A stretch of DNA of 64,000 bases from Salpingoeca rosetta (Eukaryota; Protista; Choanoflagellata), in contig JAWQFM010000009.1 of the NCBI GenBank assembly GCA_033442325.1, forward strand, positions 1,529,672-1,593,671, read 5' to 3'. Under the pieces are notes generated by a model. That model searched no databases, was not told the DNA's origin, and saw only the letters and a list, made by a program, of their open reading frames with translations. The number at the start of each line of letters is the position of its first letter. Position 1 is the stretch's first letter. Below, piece after piece: positions 11,815 to 53,227 of the stretch. A program made the translations under genes and the position numbers.

Positions 11815-12522
11815 GCAGCACTCACCGTCATCACCTCCACCAACATCTGTGTCGCCGCTCTGGAAAAGGCCTTTGTGTTGTGGGCGCAACTGTACGCACA
11901 CACTCACATGGTCCAGCACTTCCTATCCGCGGTGACAGTTTTGCATTGCCACCACAGCCGACCCACAAGCTGCTCTATCAACCTCAATGCCATGCATGCA
12001 TGACACACCATCACCATCTCAAGCAGTGTCCATTCCATCGTTCTCTTCCTCCCATTTTTTGATTGACCACTAGTTTCTCCTCTTCAACCCTTTGCTGTTG
12101 GTTGTTGTTCTTGTTGCTGTTGCTGTGTCCTGCTGTCGGTGTTGTCACGTGAGCAGCAACATGTACGTGAGTGTGAACATCCACCCGCTCTTTGCCGTTG
12201 CTTGTGATTGTCTGTGATCCATGTGTGCGCGTATCTGTGCTCGCAACCACGTTACGTGGCCAATTGCTGTCTGTCGTGTTTCGTTCGCGTGTTGGTTCTC
12301 TGTGTCCCCCCCCCCACCCTTGTATTGACGATGTTCAGCAGGTTTGTGGCGTATCATTGTGTGCCTCCCATACATCATATCTGCCAACTGCAACTGTGAG
12401 TATGCACTCGCTGCGTGGTTCACACTGGGAAACCTGGGGCGGGGCGGGGGCAGCAAAGCGGCTGCTCGTACGCAAAGACACTGCACGTGCACACTTTAAA
12501 TGCCACACACAACACAAGGGAC

Positions 12523-13488
12523 CTATGACAGAATCACGTTGTTTGCGTCCACGAGAGCAACAGCAGACAGTTCCTGCGGGGGTTCGTTCGTTCGTGGGGT
12601 GGCGGGCGATGAAGAGAGATGTCACGTGTGGTGGTGGTGGTGGTGCGAGGAATGGTGGGTAAGCCGCAAGATACATCATGTGCAAGACACACACGAACGG
12701 GTAGAAGCACACAATGAGAGTGTAGGCACACCACCTTTGCGAATTCCTCGAGGAGGATGACGGCTTCGTAGAACGATGCATAATCGTCGCTCGGCTGGCG
12801 CCCAGAGCTGATGGTGGCAGTGATGGGTGCGAGCATGAAAATTGTCGTAAGAAAATGAGCCGCAACACACACACACACACACACATACACATACACACAC
12901 ACACACATACACATACACACACATACACATACAAACACATACATACACACACACAATGCAAACACCTCATTTCTGAACGGAAGAGCCTGAGTTTCTCTTC
13001 TGCATTATCGCGTCGACTTGCTCGCGCAACCAACTCGCCAGACAACTGATCAAAGGGGCGATGATGGTGGCGGTGGCGGCGGTGGTGGTGGTGGGGATGA
13101 AGACAGATGAAGGGAGAGACGGTGACGTGCACACGCACATACACACATGCGCAACACACGCACACACATACACACATACACAACACCGCGCGCACACACA
13201 TGCACAACACCGCGCACACGCATCCTGAAGGCGCATGTGCACCACCTTATCGAGAAGGGTGAGCAGGGAGTCTGGATGGGAACTGAACAGAAACTGCCGC
13301 AGTGCTGGGCTTGGATACTGGTGTCGATGTTGGAAGAAGAGTGGACGGGTATTGTGAGGTGTTGAGATTGAGAAGGAAATGGGTGCATGCAATGACAATG
13401 AAGGGCGCTGGGCACATGCGCAAGATGTGCACGCTCAAAGTTTCACACACGCACACACACGTACACACAAACACACACGCACACACAA

Positions 13489-13520
<32 letters not shown>

Positions 13521-14756
13521 ACGCACACACGAACGAACACCCACGCACACGCAAAACACACACACACACGCACACGCACACACACACGCACGCACACACA
13601 CACACACAAACACAAACACAAACGCACAAACACACACACACGCACATGCAAGCATCCACACATAAAATGCGTGCATACAGACAGAGCACACACCTCGAGC
13701 AAGCTTGTGATGATTGCTGTGACGAGGAGGTTGATGTCGTGTGTCTGGTCAAACAGGCGGGAAAGGCGGGAGAGAAGCGTCTGCAGGAAGGGGCCGCCAC
13801 ACACGCACGGCGCACGTGTCGCATATACCAATACAGCGCCAGTGTCATCCTGTGCTGTGTTGTCATCATTCTCGTTCTGTGTCTCATCACCGTCATCATC
13901 ATCATCGTCGTCAGCATCGTCGCTATCGCTCGGGCTCATCCACTCTGCACACCCTTCCGCTGCCAGGCGCATCTGAACAACAGAGATGGTGTGTTTGTTG
14001 TTGAGGGGAGGGGGGATGGATTGAAATGAAAGAGGGTGTGCGAGTGGGTGTGGGAGTGAGTGCGGGAGTGAATGAGTGACGGTGAGTGAGTGGATGTAAA
14101 CTTTGAGTGAGGAAGCGAGTGCACATATGCTCTTGCTATTGTTTGTTGGAATGGTGGTTGTGGTGGATGAGGTGCCTGTGGCAGTGGTGGCAGTGCGTGC
14201 CCATGGTGCCGGTGTGTCATGTACATGTGCGTACCGCGTTGACGGCGGTTTCAAAGTGGAGACGCGTGCCTTCCTCGTTTGGATCCGTGCACAGATGCGC
14301 AGGAACCAACTCCGCAAGCCTGGCCAGCAATCCAACGTGAAAAGAGGAGAGAGAATGTTGGAGAAGAGAAGAGAGAAGCAGTCGTAGCGGAGGGAAGCAG
14401 GCACCTGGACACACGCACAAACGCGCGCAAACACATACAAATTGTCGAAACAAACGCCTTCCCAAGGACCACCACCATGCAAGTTCCAACTCCACAAGTT
14501 CTCCATCCAAACGTCTTTCCCAACAACAATGACATCCGTCTCCCTTCTTCCCCCTTCTTCCTCCAGCGCCGCCGACTGACCTGTCTGTGGTCTGTCGCGG
14601 TGTGAGGAGGGAGGCGGTGACAGCGGCGTCTCGGCGCATGTGTTGGCCGACGAGGAAGTGGAACGAGTGGCGCCGGTAGCGTGACAGCAGTTTCAGGAAG
14701 AACAGCAGCGTCGTCAGGCTCAGCTGGCATGGTGTTGTGTTGTGTGTTGTGTTGTG

Positions 14757-14825
<69 letters not shown>

Positions 14826-15525
14826 TGAGGATATGGGGGCACAATTAGGTCAAGAGAACCTCTGCATGCAGCACATCACCAACAACACATCCCAACACAT
14901 CCCAACACATCCCAACACATCCCAACACATCATCGTGTACCTGGTCCGACATGTCGTCACAGCGGGCGATGAGGGCTGGGCCCACCTTCTCGCTCAACGA
15001 AAACTCAGACACGCCTGAAGACGATGGTGCAGGTGACGATGATGATGAGGAGGTTGATGATGATGGTCGTGGTGGTGAGTAGGGTGTGAGGAAGATGCAA
15101 TTACCACACACCCTCTGTGCAGTCAGTCACACATACACACACGTACACACACATTCACACATTCACACATTCACACATACACACACATTCACACACATAC
15201 ACATACACATACACACGACTCGCTCTGTGCGCATGTGCGAATCGCACCGTCGAGGAGGTGTGGCGACTTGAGGTACTGCACGAAGAGCGTCAGATATGAC
15301 GTCGCCATATCCGCCGCCCCCTCTGATCCCTGCACACATGTACACACATGTACACACATGCACACACATACACACACATGTACACACATATGCACACATG
15401 CACACACACGCACACACATGAACACACACGTACACACATGTACACACGAAGGCGCAGACGGAGTGAGTGACGGCACGCACGCTAAAGAGCTCGCTCCACA
15501 GACAGCTCTCACCAGCACGCTGAAG

Positions 15526-15570
<45 letters not shown>

Positions 15571-17115
15571 CGCACCTGCACGAGCTTGGCCTCAAACACC
15601 GGCTGGAGAAAGCGATCCGCAAACGACACCTGAATCGCCTGCCCAACATGGACACGTGTATGTGTGTGTGTGTGTGCGTGTGTGTGTGCGTGTGAATGGC
15701 ACGTCGCGCACGCAGCAGAGCAAGAGGCGCGACATAATCATCGCCATCGCCACAGCAACGTGTGCTTTTCACCTGTGCGACGCGCTCTGTGCAGTTGCTG
15801 GCAATGTGATCAACAAAGTTCAATTCCTCCAGAAACGCGGCCAGCGCCTGCGCAGGTGATGGTGAATGATGATGATGGTTGCAGACATGAATGAGGTTGA
15901 GAGAAACGTCGCCTCCATCATGCACAGACACATGACACGTATTCGGGTGCACACACATGCATACGTACGCGCATGCGCTGATCACCACTGCGCTCTCCCT
16001 GTCACCATCCATCCCCTACCCATCCACCATCATCACCACCTTGAACGGAACGGCTGCGTCGTATTCGAGACTGCGCCGCTGCCGCCAGGAGAAGAGCGGT
16101 GGCCGCGATCTGCGGCACATGTGTACACAATTGGACAATCGGAAGCGGGGGAGTGACTGCGGTGAACAGATGGCAACTTGATGGTGACCTGATGCAGTTG
16201 AGTTCGCATCCTGTCATGACGGCGTCGACAGGGAGTGCGATGGAGTGGGCACTCTGCTGTTCGCACACACGCACACACACGCGCACACGCGCACACGCGC
16301 ACACGCACACACACACACGCACAAACACACACACATAAACAAACAAGACCACAGACATGTGCGCACGTGAAAGCGGAGAGGGTGTCGATGAACCGCGCAT
16401 CTGATTCCGAAATCGACTGCGGCAGCTCCGCATACAGCGCGAGCAGCACATCCATCTTGCTCGCACGAGCGTGTATGATGATATGTTGTGTGTGTGTGTG
16501 TGTGTGTGTGCGTGCGTGTGGCGTGTGTGTGTGTGTGTGTGTGTATGTGTGCGAGGCAGTGAGTGTGTGTGTGTGCGAGGCAGTGCGGCGCAAGAGTGAG
16601 GCACGAAGCGGTGTTCTCGCCACAAACACACAAAGATCTGTACACACGCGCATGCAAGCGTGTGTCTAGCAACAGGCAAAGCGGTACACACCAGTGCCGA
16701 GGGCAGTTTGGAGTGGTTGATGATGATGGATTCCAGCGCCGGCTGAAGAACATGGCATGAGAGCAGGACAATCCACATATACACGGGTGCGTGTGAAGAG
16801 TTGAAGGTTGGGCAACAACCCGCGTGCTCACGAGTTCCAACACAGAGAGAGAGAGAGAGTGTGTGTGTGTGTGTGTGAGAGAGAGAGTGAGTGAGTGAGA
16901 GTGAGAGTGAGAGTGAGTGAGTGAGTGAGGAATTGTACTTACGACATCAAGAGTTGCACAGAGGGCGGCCGTCTCGTGCGCAAGACGCGACGTTTCCTTG
17001 GATGTGGAGTGTTGGTGGGTGGTGCGACGTGAGTGTGTGCAGGCAATGCGAGTCAAATGACGAAGCATACCACTTGCCCACAAAGCTCCCCACACATGCA
17101 TACTCGCACACAGCC

Positions 17116-17147
<32 letters not shown>

Positions 17148-17949
17148 AGTGCCCAGCTCGTCTCACCGCGTGTGCACTGCCGATCAGCTGTGTTGCCAGC
17201 GTGAGCGGAAGAAAGTTGACGCCCTGTACAATGACGGTGGTGTTGTGGCGCGATGTGAGGCGATGCTGGTTGTGTGCAATCGGATGTGTGCAACACAATA
17301 CAACACGCGTGCGCAAGCACACACAAACACACACAAACACAAACACACAAACACAAACACACACACAAACGAATGCACACCTGGATGATGAAGAGGTCCG
17401 AGAAATTTGGGTCGTCGTTGAGTTTTCCACAGACGGCGCAGTTGAACCTCATCATTGCCTGTGCGGATGACGACGATGGCACGTGGTGGTGGTGATGGAG
17501 ATGTGTGATAGCAGTAGTGTCGATGATGTTGTGACGACATGTGATGGCGTTGTGGACGAATGGTATGACTCTTGGCGTGAGGGGAGAAGTGCAAGCGTGA
17601 ATCATCAACACGAAGCAATTCATCAAAAACACAACAGCTTCGTAGCTCAAGCCACGCCATCCCCGTCCCGCACACACACACATACATACATACATACATA
17701 CATACATACATACATACATACATACATACATACATACATACATACATACATACATACATACATACATACATACATACATACATACACACATACACATACA
17801 CGACCTCCAATACATACACAAGTGAGCTCGCCGGTGGTGTCTGGGTCGTCCACGAGACGGATGCACGCCTGCAGCAGTGACACCACGTGTGGAAACACGC
17901 AGCGGTGCGCAAGCATGCGTTGCCGCGTCGACCCCAACAACTACGTCCG

Positions 17950-17986
<37 letters not shown>

Positions 17987-18446
17987 CAGAGTGGGTCATG
18001 TGGGTGGACATCGGGACTGAGCGACCAGTTGGCAGAAGTCATACAGTTCAGCCTGGCCTCGGCTTGACGTACTCGTGTCAGCATCTTCAATGTGAGCAGA
18101 CGCGTGCCAGCTGGGACCTGTCAGCACATGCGCACACGCAACAGCAACAACGACAAGCCATGATGCAATTGTGAGCAACTGTAACAAGATCATCTCATGT
18201 TGTATCCTTTCCTTCCATGCCATCGCAACACACATCTGTTTCGCCGATGCTGACGAGAATCTTGAGGATGTCCTGTGAGTACATGTACTCCATGCAGGGG
18301 CCCTTTGGGATGGGGTGAAGGGACGTCATAAGCAAGGGCAGGTTGAAGAATGAGCACGCATGTAGAAAGCCACATCACAGCGGGTGCACGTACACGCACG
18401 AAACACACGCACCTACACATGCACGCACACGCACACGCACACGCAC

Positions 18447-18479
<33 letters not shown>

Positions 18480-19069
18480 CATGCACACACACGCACACGC
18501 ACCCACGCACGTAAATACACACACAGAGGACAGAACACGCACGGTTTCTCCTTCGAGAGCCTCTTCTTCAGCCATCAGCAGCTCAACCAGGCGGTCCATG
18601 CATTTACCCAGCGTCGTTTCAGCGACATGTGTCTCCTCTGCTCGTATTAGCACACACGCGCACACACACACGCACACGCACACACACGCACACACACGCA
18701 CACACACGCACACACACGCACACACAGAATTTGGGTCAGTCCAAGTCCCTCCAAACAACAATCACGATATGTAATGTAAGCACACTCACGCGCTCACATG
18801 TTTGCACACACACACACACATACACACACACGCATGTACACACCCACATACACACACGCACAGCCAAATCCACACAGCCCAAATCCACAGACATGCACAC
18901 ACACACACAGGTCGCATGCCACCACCTCACCGTGCTGTTCGCAATACACGATGAGATCTGAGATGTGCTTCCATTGCTCTTTGAACTCCTCCAAACCAGA
19001 CCGCTGCGCCGGCGCAAGCGCTTCAGAGAGCGCAGACTGTGCTGCCTTCCACACCCGATACATGGCCAT
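12523..19069 (-). CDS. FHIP2: FHF-complex subunit FHIP2 / FAM160B family, many exons (internal boundaries partly approximate)
   Basis: [18 protein letters not shown]...FKEQWKHI; [19 protein letters not shown]|GPCMEY; [11 protein letters not shown]; [12 protein letters not shown]; [32 protein letters not shown]; [10 protein letters not shown]|ELSAVALV, all typical of FAM160B. Confidence 0.88.
17682..17785. repeat. (TACA)n intronic microsatellite
   Basis: Seen directly. Confidence 0.9.
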
Positions 19070-19253
19070 GCGTTCAATGTAACAAAAGGCAGCACACACC
19101 TACGCACACACACACACACAACCGCCTTTGCTGCTGTGGTCTGCTTTGCTCTGCTCTAGTTTGCTCTGCTCTGTCTTTGCTATCTTGGTCGGTGTGCTGC
19201 GAAAATTGTGTGTGTCGCAGCCATTCTTCCCAACTTGAACGCCAGCAGTTTAA

Positions 19254-22218
<2,965 letters not shown>

Positions 22219-22510
22219 CGTGCGCCTGTGCCTTTGTACGTATGTGTGTGTGTGTGTGAGAGAGAGTGTGTGTGTGTGCGTGTGTGGCTGTTGAGATAAT
22301 CGACGCTGGCCAGAGCTTGCTTGACCAATAAACGACATGATGCACACGTCCTGGCTGCAAGTTTGTTTGTTTACTGTTTGACAGCACTTCAGTGCGTCCA
22401 CCACCAACAACAATTTAAACAACTTAAACAACAACAACTTAAACAACAACAACAACAACAACTTAAACAAGCATTGTACACAATTCCACAACCGCCACCA
22501 TCACGTGCAT

Positions 22511-36649
<14,139 letters not shown>

Positions 36650-36784
36650 CTTGCTTCGCGGGAGCTGGCAGTGATCTGACACTGAGCGTGTGTTGGTTGC
36701 TGTTGTTGTGGAAAACGGTCACATCAACGAACCAAAAAAAAAAAAAAAGCAAGAAGAGAGAGGAAAGGAAAACAAGGCAAAAAG

Positions 36785-36856
36785 TGGACCCACCGGGGAT
36801 TGAACCCGGGACATCGTGCATGCGAAGCACGCGCTCTACCACTGAGCTATGGGCCC
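36785..36856 (-). tRNA. tRNA-Ala(CGC)
   Basis: GGGCCCATAGCTCAGTGGTAGAGCGCGTGCTTCGCATGCACGATGTCCCGGGTTCAATCCCCGGTGGGTCCA forms a cloverleaf with a G3:U70 Ala identity pair, anticodon CGC and A/B boxes, followed by a T5 Pol III terminator. Confidence 0.97.
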
Positions 36857-37310
36857 CAACTGTTTGTTGTGTTTGCACGGAGGAATTTTTCATATTGAAT
36901 TAAATTTGGGATAACGTGATGTGAGTGCAACTGTGGTGAGCACTCAGGTGCTGGCGGCCACCTGACCAAGTCACCACAGCACCTGACATCTGACCGTGTG
37001 ACCTCATGACCACATGACGCGTGCGCACTTGCTTGTTGGAGTTGCATTCAAAAGCTGATAATTAATGTCCACTGTTCGTGTGCAAGTCGATTGCTCAGAT
37101 AGGGAAAAGCAGCAACAAGTCACATCAACACACTCGCGTCTGCAAAGCAGACGGACACAAAGTCTTTCACACAAGCCCACGCACACCCGAGTGCGAAGCA
37201 CTCATAAAGTCATACATACACACACACTCAAAGCAAACACACTCACAAACACACACACACACACGCACACACATGGCTCCCCTTCTCCCAAGCGCGCGGT
37301 CAGGTCAGAC

Positions 37311-42539
<5,229 letters not shown>

Positions 42540-42732
42540 GGTGTCATCAGACACTAAGAGACGAGATGTGAACACACGAGGTCGTGGCAGCTGGCGCGCG
42601 AGGAAGGAAGGGGAGTTGAAACTTCGCGCCACGGATGTAGAATTTTGGTTGAATTCTTCAGCAGATTGTCGCTGTCACGTACATACTGATTTCAGTCGGT
42701 TCAAAGAATACCAACAACAACAACAAACGGCG

Positions 42733-43209
42733 ATGGAGCTGCTGCAGACGATCCGCGACTTGTGGGGAGGTGAGCTGGTGGTTGTGATGTGGTGCTGGAC
42801 AGTCGCCTATTGTGGATTGTGCTTGCATTGGAGCTGGGGCGTGTCATGCGAGCTTTTGCTTTCGAACTGAAAGTATCAGGGGGTGTATTTGTGGCAAGGT
42901 GGCGTTTTCTAATTCCGTCCACGACGACAATGAGCCATGGCTCCCTCACTGCATGCGGTGCTGTTCTTGTTGTGTTCTTGTTGTGGCTGCTGCAGTTGAT
43001 GATGAAGGACGCTGGGCAGATGTGCTGCAGCAACACTTTGTGGAGACGGAGGCTGGGGACGATCTCATCTTCTTCGTTCCACGGAACTTGGGTGGGTAGC
43101 GGAACAGGATGGAGAGGAAGCAAGCCGTGATTGCGTGATGAAGTTTGTTCATACACTGCACCTTGGTCATTCGTTGTGCTTGCGCTCTGGCTGCCTGTGA
43201 CGTGCCGTG

Positions 43210-43279
<70 letters not shown>

Positions 43280-44061
43280 TGCGTGTGTGTGTATGTGTGC
43301 GTGTGTCTGAATAAGTGTATGTGCGTACGAATGTGTATGTCAATGCCGCCTGCGGACTTTCTTGAACGCTACTGTGCTGTGCCTGACGCTGCACAGAACT
43401 GTCCGGGAGCAAAGACAAGGATCAAGCCCAGCTGAAAGTGTACAGGCGCGGTGGAACCCGCCCACTTCCAAAGGTGCGACGATTGTTGTGTGTGTCTGTC
43501 TGCCTGTCTGTCTATCTGGGTGTAGGGGTGTGTCTGGGTGTTTGGAAAACAAAGCTGGTTGTGCGCGTCCTTGCTGCGCGGCACTGCCAGATCTCAACAG
43601 TACTGACGCACAATGTTGCTCGCACATACACCCCGTACATCACAGCGTGGCTGCAGTGAAATTAACTGGAAGGAAACCGTCTGCCTGAACACGCTGATGC
43701 AAGCAGTGTCCTTTGAGCTGACAACAGCACTGTGCAAGGAAACAGAAGCTCGAACACTTCGGGTGTGTGTGTGTGTGTGGGGTGGGGGTGTGTGGGGGTG
43801 TGTGGGTGTTCAAGGCGATGAGGAGGATGTGCTAGTGTGGTTTGCTTAATATGTTGTGCGACCGTTGTACTGTTGTCACGTGTTTGCATGTCCTGTGGGT
43901 CTTGTTACGCAAGTGTCATTGCTTCTTTCTGCCTGTCACCACCTCTCTGCCTGCTGTGTTCACATGATACCACAGCCTGTCCAGTCGAGTGCAAAGGAGG
44001 TGTACGCATCCCCAAGCTATCGCAGCATGGATGTCAAGGTTAGATGTGTGTGCGGGTGTGT

Positions 44062-44092
<31 letters not shown>

Positions 44093-45061
44093 ACTGTGCG
44101 TTCGGTCCCCATGCTACGAGATGCTTGTATTGCAGAGTGCCAACATTTCCTTTGCCTCTTCCCACCTCCGCCATGAACTGCCATGTTTACCTGTTGTGAC
44201 CAACACACCAACAACGCGCCCACGTGCTCACCACTAATTCCTGCCTTGGCTGTACATGCTGGCGTAACCACAACAGGGAAGCGGAGATGTCATCACCTAC
44301 CCTGATCTCTTCTTCACAGTGGACGACTTTGATGCGTTCTTCGAGAAGTACAAGGTCCACCCCTCGCAAACATTCACGCTCGAGCTCACCGCACGCATCG
44401 GCGACGTACGTCTGCGAAACAGTGTATGTGAGTGTGTGCGTGTGTGCGTGTATGTGTGTGTGTGTGTGTGAGCGTGCAAACGTGAGATCATAGCTCTCAA
44501 TCCCTGTGAGTCAATAGCAGTTGAATGTTTCATTCTTCCCGACTCATACATTCCCTCCCTGTACACCTTGACACACACACACACATGCACTCACTCACAT
44601 GCACGCATACACACGCTAGTTTGAGACAATTCTGTTCACGGGAAGCATCGCCCACTCCACCGCGTCTCCGTCCAACGGTCTCGTTGCAGAGTACATGTCC
44701 CACGCACGTGAGTTTGCACGCAGCAGCTGCGGTGGCGTGTGTGTTGAGTGTTGAGTGCTGTAGGTGGTGTGTGTATGCGTGCTAATTTGTCCCTCTTTCT
44801 AGTCGTCAACCCTGATCTCCAACACCACCATCTCCATCCTCCCTCGTTACCACCATCACCCTCGCCACCATGTCACAACCATCCATCCACCCACCCATCC
44901 ATCCATCCATCCATCCATCGCCATCATCATCATCATCATCATGGTCACTGTCATGGGCAGGCGACCGGCGGAAGGGCGGCGCGTACTCGTGGATCAGCAG
45001 AAACCAGGACGACCTCGTCTTCTTCAACATCAAGGCCCCAACAGGGGTGCGGTGTGCTCTG

Positions 45062-45126
<65 letters not shown>

Positions 45127-45188
45127 TGTGCGGTGTGCTCTGTCGTGTGTGTGCGGTGTGCTCTGTCGTGTGTGTGCGGTGTGCTCTG

Positions 45189-45257
<69 letters not shown>

Positions 45258-46198
45258 CGTGCGTGTGTGTGTGTCAAGTGTTGTGCTGGCATTGGACTAC
45301 AGAACGCTATTTTACCGTACGCTCACACGCATTCACACCCTCACAAACTCGCACATATCCAACCACGCCCACAACCCCCGCATATGCACATCCATACTTC
45401 CAGGCTGCCGGGTATGTGGAGATGGCAATTGCAGTGGCTGAGGAGGACCAGCAGAAGCTGCGTCGACCAACATCATCGTCGTCGTCATCGTCCCGACGGC
45501 CATCAGGAAAGACGACGACGACAACAACAACAACAGCGACAACGACAACGGCATCACGGTCTGGGTCTGTATCGCAGCGCGGCGGCTTCTTTGCGTCCTT
45601 GTGGCAAAGCTCAACCGTGAAGCAGCTCACGCAGACGGTGCGCTCTGGGCTTGGGCTTGGGTACGACCGGGAGACCCTTCGTCGTGTGCACTTCAACACA
45701 TATGTGACGTACATCTCGCTCAAGTGGTCGGAAGTGATGGAGGCCCTACTTGGTGCACCGCGCGTGCCGCGTCTTGCCCGCTTGCACGAACGCCTTGAGG
45801 AGAGAGCACGACAGCGATCGCTCAAGCAACAACAGCAACGGCAGCAACATGGTGGTGGTAGTGGGGGTCGGGTGAAGAGCAGCGGAACAGCTGGCAGTCA
45901 TGGGACGAGCGAGGCAAGTAAGCGCGGTGGTGATGGTGGTGGTGGTGGTGATGGTGGTGGTGGTCATGATAATAATGATGTTGCAACCACAACTGCAGTG
46001 AAGACGACAACGGCAGCAACATCCACAGCAGCCAACACGGCGTCCAGGGCGACGGAGCAGGACAGAGATCGTGCGTACGCAAAGAAGGTGGCGCAGCTCA
46101 CGCGCTCCTCGTCATCCACACACTCGGCGCCAGGTCACAAAGACAGTGGTGAAGGTGATGGTGACGATGGTGATGAAGGCAAGCAAGCGGCTTCGTGA
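42733..46198 (+). CDS. KIAA0930: KIAA0930 / DUF2045 family protein, multi-exon
   Basis: GDDLIFFV; KVYRRG..LP; INWKETVCLNTLMQ; EVYASPSYRSMDVK; ITYPDLFFTVDDFD; FNIKAPTG|AAGYVEMAI; YVTYISLKWSEVMEALL, collinear with KIAA0930 motifs. Confidence 0.85.
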
Positions 46199-46549
46199 TG
46201 GTGATGTTGTGTTTGCGTTGCTGTGTGCGTTGTTGTGGCTGGTTTTCTTAGAGGTTAGCCCCCCCCCCTTGTTACATTGCTTCTGCTGCTGGATTGTTCG
46301 TTGTTTGACCCCGTTGATGTTTCGCAATTTACAACACTTCGTTGACCATGTGACCAAAGAGAGTGGGAAGAAGCATTGTACTTTGCGTGTCAATGGGTGA
46401 AGAGGGATGATGAAGGCGGTGCGTGGCTGGGCGCGTGCACAAGCTGATGTGTGCGCACAAGGATTTTCACACACACACAGACACACACGCACACAGACAC
46501 ACACGCACAGACACACACGCACACAGACACACACGCACACACACACAAC

Positions 46550-46616
<67 letters not shown>

Positions 46617-47058
46617 CGGTTTTGTTGTGGTGTTTGCGGGAAATTTGAAATCTTTCACAACGAATTTTCTCACCTGCGCACCAAAACAAGAAGCGAACAA
46701 GTGAGAGGAGGTGTGAGCTCGTCTCATGACAGTGGGGGAGTGAGTGTCCAGCCTCGCTCGCTGACAAACATCATCGCTCTTGGTTCACAGAGCAGCAGGT
46801 CAGCGGGCTTGCTTGCTCGTAGTGTGCTTGTTTGCTTGCTTGGGAGCACTCATGTCATTGTCACATCATCTGTAACGGTCGTGGATGAGTTGTGTTGTGG
46901 TTTGTGGTGTTGGAAGAAGTACCGAAGCCGCACACCCCCGCGGAGTGTTGTTCCACCCTCACCCGTCCTTGCCACCCTTGCTCACCTGCTTTGCTGCTGA
47001 CCTCCCTGTTTGCTTGATTCGACACAGCGTGTGAAGAGCACACCACCAGCCCGCCACC

Positions 47059-52023
<4,965 letters not shown>

Positions 52024-53227
52024 GGCATGGGAGGAGAAGAGGTGTTTCAAGAGGGGTGAAGGGTGTGTGGTAGGTTGGGGTTGGATGTTGGGGTTGGAGA
52101 GGCATAGACGTGAGGGTGTACGCAGACGGTTATGAAACAAAAGGTGAGTTGATGTTTGTATTTTACTTCTGTGCTGGGGGGGGGTGGTGGATGACGCATT
52201 GCGGCCGCTTCGTACATACTTCCCTTTACTTGCTTGCTTGCTCTGATTGTCTGGTGTTTCCTGCTTCTTTGTGGCTTGCTGCTTTCATGGGTTGGAATGG
52301 CTCCCATTCTGTTTGCTTCAACGATGATTGCAAAGTTAGAACGTCTTCTTTTGGAGCGTGAGCGAGGTACCATGAAATTCATGCGTGGCATGCTTCAGGG
52401 CGTGGGTGTGGTCATACACTTGGTTGCTGGAGCACAGTGGTTGTTGCTCGAAGGAGTTGCTGTGTGTTCGTCCACAGAGTGTGTTAACATAACAACATCA
52501 CCAAGGAGCAAGCGTGTATTTTTTTTTTTTTTTTTTTTTTTTGGTAGGCGGCGTGCGGTAAGTTCCTTAAGTTCAAACATGCACATGATGCGATGTTTGG
52601 TGTTTGTGTCACGTCACGTGAGCGCTTCAACGCATAGGAAACGAGGCCACGCGCAGCTTGGGCGAGTGCTTGCATGCAAGCACTATTTGCAGTACAGCAA
52701 TGACAAAGTGAAAAAAAAAATCGACTCGCAGAAATGTAATGGAATCCAGCACTGCGTTCGAGGAGGAGCTTCACATTATAGCACGCATGTACAAGTGTCA
52801 CATCTGATACAACATCACACATATACACGTGCATGTTAAGAAGGAAGACTGCGCCAGAAAAGATAGAAGCGCAGCAAGCGTGAGTTAAATAATAATTGTC
52901 CGATCATCACACAGCACGGCCCTCTCCTGTCACGGCTCGACATTTGTTTGCTCCTCTCAGTCTATCATACTGAAATATCACCATCCCACTGTTCATGTTC
53001 TCTGTTTTCGGAATGAAGGCTGAGTTGTTATTGTGCTCTCGTCCACCCGCTCCACATAAATGTGCCAACGCCAGGCAATGCGGCAAAACAGCCAAGCGTT
53101 CTCTCCATTTCACGCACCCCATTTCACGGACACACACACACACAAAACACACACACACACACACACACACACGCACGCACACACACACACACACACACAC
53201 AAAACACACACACACACATGCCATGCA

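Noticed and set aside
712-19069. Endolysosomal gene cluster (UBAP1, RNASEK, FHIP2)
   Set aside because: Interspersed with unrelated genes on mixed strands; chance is sufficient in a gene-dense genome
22409-22470. CAACTTAAA repeats between convergent UPF0489 and APC1 as telomere-like sequence
   Set aside because: Interrupted (CAA)n microsatellite in the 3'UTR region, not TTAGGG-like
36925-36982. Hairpin as a SECIS for the kinase gene
   Set aside because: No apical AA and wrong core geometry
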